Shown in pieces: positions 42,452-46,494 of a stretch of 46,494 nucleotides of DNA. The position numbers were made by a program, and so were the translations under genes. Source of the stretch: Cyanobacteriota bacterium (GTDB lineage: Bacteria; Cyanobacteriota; Cyanobacteriia; Cyanobacteriales; Nostocaceae); assembly GCA_046045965.1 (NCBI GenBank), contig JBJOKS010000033.1, positions 1 to 46,494 on the forward strand. Reading direction: 5' to 3'. Under the pieces are notes generated by a model. That model made no database searches, was not told where the DNA came from, and saw only the letters and a program-made list of their open reading frames with translations. Position 1 is the stretch's first letter. Every line of letters starts with the position of its first letter.

Positions 42452-42953
42452 CAGTACACTTCTACTATTTAGCGTATCCAAACTATTTATATACTGCTTT
42501 TAATTGCTTAATACATACTTTTGGTGAAGTCAAATTTATAAACCATACGGTTACTAGACAGCTACATAACTACAAGTGGCTAACATTAGATACTACATAA
42601 ACTACATATAATCTGACTGTATATATATTTCATACTTAATATACCTCTTTATATACTTCATTTCTTACATTGTTTATCCGATTGAGGCTGCTAAACGCTT
42701 TATATCAAAATTAAGAATTATTATAGGTGTAAAGGAAACGGGACTCCTACTATATGATTTAGCAAATACTATATTTGTTTAAAAAAAAGACAATATAGTA
42801 AATATTTCTAAAATCACATGAATATGTGACATCACCCACAACCCCAACCTGGCTAAAATACGAGCAAGGTCATCTCATCATCTTTTGAAGGGTGAATAAT
42901 CCAGTCCTCAAATCCTAACTTCTAACCAAAACCTAACCAATTCTCAAAATCAA

Positions 42954-42985
42954 AATCCCTACCCATGATGCTTTGAGTAGGGATT
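42954..42985 (-). terminator. Intrinsic terminator after the primase gene
   Basis: AATCCCTAC/GTAGGGATT 9-bp stem followed by T-rich sequence on the minus strand. Confidence 0.55.
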
Positions 42986-43015
42986 AAGAAGCGGTGGTGG
43001 CGGTTATTGCTAGAG

Positions 43016-45388
43016 TTACACTATGTCTTCTATATCATTGCTATTCTCGCTGGGTAAATCGAATAAGTTTAAGCAATTAACCTCTTTAACATCATCCATT
43101 GAATCAACTGAATCAAAAGAAAGCAGTCTAGGTAGATTGTTATCTTTATCTGTTCTAAGACGTACATTTACAAGGCACGGCTTGTTTTGAGGTTTAATTT
43201 CATAAACATCTAAACCTGTAACTTGTTTTGTCAATAAATCTTTTAGAACACCTTTAAAGTTGTTTTTACCTAAACTGTAAGCACCGGAATTTTCAACATA
43301 TTTACAAAAGTCATGATACAAAGTACCTTCTTTAGACTTGTCTCCATAAAACGCTTTACTGCCCTTCTCATATACCAATCTTTCGTTTGCCCAATCAGCC
43401 ACAGGATTTGTGTCTATTAAAGCCTCACGTTGTGCTAAAACCAAGGATGGAACGTGCTGCTCAGTATATTTAATATAATTAATAACCTGCTCATCCTGCA
43501 TATCCAAGACCCACCTTAAAACATGAGGTAATTCAGGTACTAATTCACCAGATAGATTGCCATCTACAATATTGATTAGATTTTTACAGTGAGTAGGCTT
43601 ATTGTGGAATTGAATTACAAGTTTTCTGCGTTTTATTCCACTGGTGTAGTCCTTAAATCTAAGTGCTTCGTTACTGGTAATTATAACCATTCCAGTATAA
43701 GTAAAAGATTCCTCACCTTGCTGTTTACCCTTGACTTCAAATCTAACACTATCACAACCTGTAATGTTTTTTAACGTACTAACTTCACCAGCGTACTTAT
43801 CCGAATCATTAACAAGACACAGCTTTTTATTTCTTAATGCAGCTACTTCAAATTTATTATCCTCCAACTGTTTAAGCTTGGTAGAATAGGTCATTTTTTC
43901 ACCAACTAAAGCAGTAGCTAACCTAGTGAATGTTGATTTACCAGCACCACCGCTACCATCCAAATGCAAAAATCTTTCTAAATAATACCTGCCTAAAACA
44001 ATACAATTTAAGAACGCTCTAAGAGTTTCTACTTGCTCATGAATACCACCTACACTTTCAAGTAAATAAGCTTGAGTCTTAGGGCAATCTGAGCTATCAG
44101 AGTAAGTGTAGCCAACATTATAATTTAGATACAAATTAGGAGAGTTTTCTAACACTAATACAGGTTTTTCACTAACATCTAAAACCTTATCCACCAAAGG
44201 CAGTAAATTAAGCTTAGGTTTAAAGTTGTCAACTATAATTCTAGGTTCACCTCTCAATATCTGCTCACAGTTTTTGATATGATAATTATTAATTTTACCT
44301 ATCCCTAACTCCCTTAATCGCTCTTTAATCAAGTTATTAATTCTGCTACTGTTAGGGCATTTAACCCAGTAATTCGATTCATTATCAAAACGATACCAGC
44401 ATGATTCTGATTCCGAATATTTAATTTCCTTATCTATATTACTATCCAGCAGCAAATCAACCATTTCGGTGTCTGAAAACTTATTATCCTCTTCTTCATA
44501 ATTAGTCTCATGAATACTACTAATTATTTGAGTTGGTTCGTCTCTATTATCAGGAAACATCTTTTCACCAACTGCTTTTAACACGCGGTCTATGTCATCA
44601 ATATAGTTATCGTAATCACCAATGGTTTTTCGTCTTTGACGTATTGAGTACAAATGTTTAACTAATTCAGTATAATCTTTCTGTTTATTGTTAGAACATA
44701 TTGGTTCATTTTGATTTATCAACATTCTATATCTTTTGTTTCTGTTTAAACCAGATAAGGTCTTTTTGTGCTTCTCTGTATACTCAATAATTCCTAGTGC
44801 ATCAATAGACGTAATTGTAACTGGTGGCTTATTACTAACAATTTCATAGCCAATAGTTGGTACTGTAACCATGAATCTTCGACCTGATTTGGAGAGAATT
44901 TCACCTATTTTTATGTTTTTGTATTTTTCAGAAGTATATGTCTTAATTGAGCTAACTTTTTCGACCTTGACAATGAGATGATAACCACCACTAGGCGTTT
45001 TTTCAGTGTAACTATTCTCTAACTGCGGTGCTGTTTTAAGAAGTTCATCCAAAAATGGTTCGATAAGGCTTCTATCATCTTTACAATCAATATCAATTAC
45101 GCAAATATCAGGATTAGTAATGATGATACCTCTACCTAATTGCTTATTTTTGTGATTCTTAGCAAAATACTCATCTGCTTTAGATTGAGAAGTAATTTTT
45201 TCCCATTGAATCAGTGCAGGTTTACCATCTTCATCGTAATAACTAGGTGATTTTCCATTAAACATGGGTTTACCTTTCTTATTTTTTGGTTCTTCTTGAA
45301 ACGGAACTACAGGCAGAATAATACCTATCTGTTTTTGAAGGTTATCTAGTTCAGTTGATATAATATAATTAGTTGAGTTAGCAATCAT
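43016..45388 (-). CDS. Bifunctional Prim-Pol plus D5_N plus SF3 helicase (phage/plasmid P4-family primase)
   Basis: AEP motifs VIDID and TPSGGYH; D5_N WYRFD...W and LLPLVDKVLD; Walker A GSGGAGKST, Walker B CLVND, motif C IITSN, GIKRR. Confidence 0.92.
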   Translation of the reverse strand: MIANSTNYIISTELDNLQKQIGIILPVVPFQEEPKNKKGKPMFNGKSPSYYDEDGKPALIQWEKITSQSKADEYFAKNHKNKQLGRGIIITNPDICVIDIDCKDDRSLIEPFLDELLKTAPQLENSYTEKTPSGGYHLIVKVEKVSSIKTYTSEKYKNIKIGEILSKSGRRFMVTVPTIGYEIVSNKPPVTITSIDALGIIEYTEKHKKTLSGLNRNKRYRMLINQNEPICSNNKQKDYTELVKHLYSIRQRRKTIGDYDNYIDDIDRVLKAVGEKMFPDNRDEPTQIISSIHETNYEEEDNKFSDTEMVDLLLDSNIDKEIKYSESESCWYRFDNESNYWVKCPNSSRINNLIKERLRELGIGKINNYHIKNCEQILRGEPRIIVDNFKPKLNLLPLVDKVLDVSEKPVLVLENSPNLYLNYNVGYTYSDSSDCPKTQAYLLESVGGIHEQVETLRAFLNCIVLGRYYLERFLHLDGSGGAGKSTFTRLATALVGEKMTYSTKLKQLEDNKFEVAALRNKKLCLVNDSDKYAGEVSTLKNITGCDSVRFEVKGKQQGEESFTYTGMVIITSNEALRFKDYTSGIKRRKLVIQFHNKPTHCKNLINIVDGNLSGELVPELPHVLRWVLDMQDEQVINYIKYTEQHVPSLVLAQREALIDTNPVADWANERLVYEKGSKAFYGDKSKEGTLYHDFCKYVENSGAYSLGKNNFKGVLKDLLTKQVTGLDVYEIKPQNKPCLVNVRLRTDKDNNLPRLLSFDSVDSMDDVKEVNCLNLFDLPSENSNDIEDIV

Positions 45389-45476
45389 TTTGCGCTCCTA
45401 ATAGTTTTACAATTGAGTTTATTTTGTTCATTTTAACCGAGTTAGTCTAATCAATAGCTAAATCGGTTTAATTACT

Positions 45477-45983
45477 TTAATTAACTTCTAGCAGCAGCGA
45501 ATTTTCACTAGGTACGCTGCAAATTTTATAAAATTCTTTCCAGTGAATATCATTCTTACGGTGCTTGTAGAATAGCCAACGATTACGCGACTCACTCACT
45601 ATTCTCAAACTACAATTTAAACGATGATACTCTGCAAACTCTCTACATAATCTTTTACGTTCTCTTGGTGTTAAGTGGGAAATATCAACTTTATGAAGCG
45701 TTAGAAAATTGTATGCTAACTGTCTGAATGATTTATTTTTATCAGCATTATGGTCACACTGGGCTTTTGAACTGTCTTTGATGCGATATCCTGTTAGTGC
45801 ATCACGATAAAATCCATCATCATACTTAGCTAATTCCTTAGCTTTAAATTCTGCTATCTGTGGTTTAACAGCCCATCGAAAATCATCTAGCAGCTTATCT
45901 AGTTTCTTTTTTAGGGGATGCTTCTTATATGTTCTATTTTTAGATGTACTCTTAACTGTATTCGTATTCGTAACCGTAACCAT
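45477..45983 (-). CDS. Putative HNH/His-Me finger-like nuclease
   Basis: DALTG...QCDH...SF..L...FL...F.EYH..NCSLRIVS...N pattern; very basic. Confidence 0.6.
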   Translation of the reverse strand: MVTVTNTNTVKSTSKNRTYKKHPLKKKLDKLLDDFRWAVKPQIAEFKAKELAKYDDGFYRDALTGYRIKDSSKAQCDHNADKNKSFRQLAYNFLTLHKVDISHLTPRERKRLCREFAEYHRLNCSLRIVSESRNRWLFYKHRKNDIHWKEFYKICSVPSENSLLLEVN

Positions 45984-46150
45984 TTAAAGTTATTCTCTCT
46001 TTTTTAATTGTAGTAATTGGGGTTATTTTGAGCATTTTAAGTTTCATTTTGAGATTAAGGTAAATAAGTAGTTTAAATAGGCTGAGGTCTAATACAGCCC
46101 AAAATAAAGGCAATTTAGAAGAGAATTAAATGTAAATAAAACCTTATCTT

Positions 46151-46333
46151 CTAGCCATAGTTCAATCTACCGACTAACTCCTGAATAGTCCTAAAATTTT
46201 CAATGTGTTTATCTGTAATTGACTGAATACCCAGTCTAATAACTTGGGCTTGACTTATGTTTAATTCTTTAGCTTTTTCCTGTATTAAGTTAATATCCTC
46301 AACTGGTAAAGAAAAGCTTTTAATTTGTCTCAT
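46151..46333 (-). CDS. Ribbon-helix-helix (CopG-like) DNA-binding protein
   Basis: Beta-strand IKSFSLP, then helices ..LIQEKAKELNISQAQVIRLGI. Confidence 0.8.
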   Translation of the reverse strand: MRQIKSFSLPVEDINLIQEKAKELNISQAQVIRLGIQSITDKHIENFRTIQELVGRLNYG

Positions 46334-46340
46334 GGTTTTT

Positions 46341-46374
46341 TAATGATGATATAATAGTTAATAGCTCATCATTA
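46341..46374. promoter_or_regulatory. Perfect inverted repeat, putative RHH operator
   Basis: TAATGATGA-N16-TCATCATTA directly upstream of the RHH start codon. Confidence 0.6.
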
Positions 46375-46494
46375 GTGACAAGTTAAGGAAAAAGGGAAAT
46401 TGTCAAGGGTGGTATTTGTAGTGGTCAAAAACATGGGAAACTCAATCTAGACAAGTAATTGAGCAATTGAGAGCAGCCATGACAACCAGCAAAA

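Larger units (their letters stand above)
42276..46494. mobile_element. Integrative element (satellite/prophage/plasmid-like) at tRNA-Thr; truncated by the window end
   Basis: Arm-like repeats directly after the tRNA, then primase-helicase, HNH-like and RHH genes; very AT-rich. Confidence 0.8.

Noticed and set aside
46479..46494. Start of a divergent gene (ATGACAACC)
   Set aside because: Only five codons are visible before the window end, so it cannot be supported.

Overview
AT-rich chromosomal segment of a filamentous cyanobacterium, most likely Nostocales. The evidence is many HIP1 GCGATCGC octamers, heptamer STRR tracts, tocopherol cyclase, a PatA-family regulator and a Uma2 gene. Most of the window is ordinary: hemB, thrC, ispH, amtB, vte1, msrB, cysK, a CHASE2 Ser/Thr kinase, a general-stress membrane cluster, tRNA-Arg(CCT) and a tRNA-Tyr/tRNA-Thr operon. 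Five things stand out. (1) An integrated replicating element starts right after tRNA-Thr(GGT). It has integrase arm-type repeats, a Prim-Pol/D5-SF3 primase-helicase, an HNH-like nuclease and an RHH regulator, and it runs off the window end. (2) A ~120-bp periodic array of promoter-plus-terminator units downstream of ispH looks like a tandem sRNA cluster. (3) A four-gene island encodes secreted proteins and lipoproteins of unknown function. (4) A luciferase-like monooxygenase is sandwiched between two apparently homologous small unknown proteins. (5) Several MITE/REP-type elements are present, some nested in STRR tracts. All product calls come from motif recognition by eye; no searches were run.
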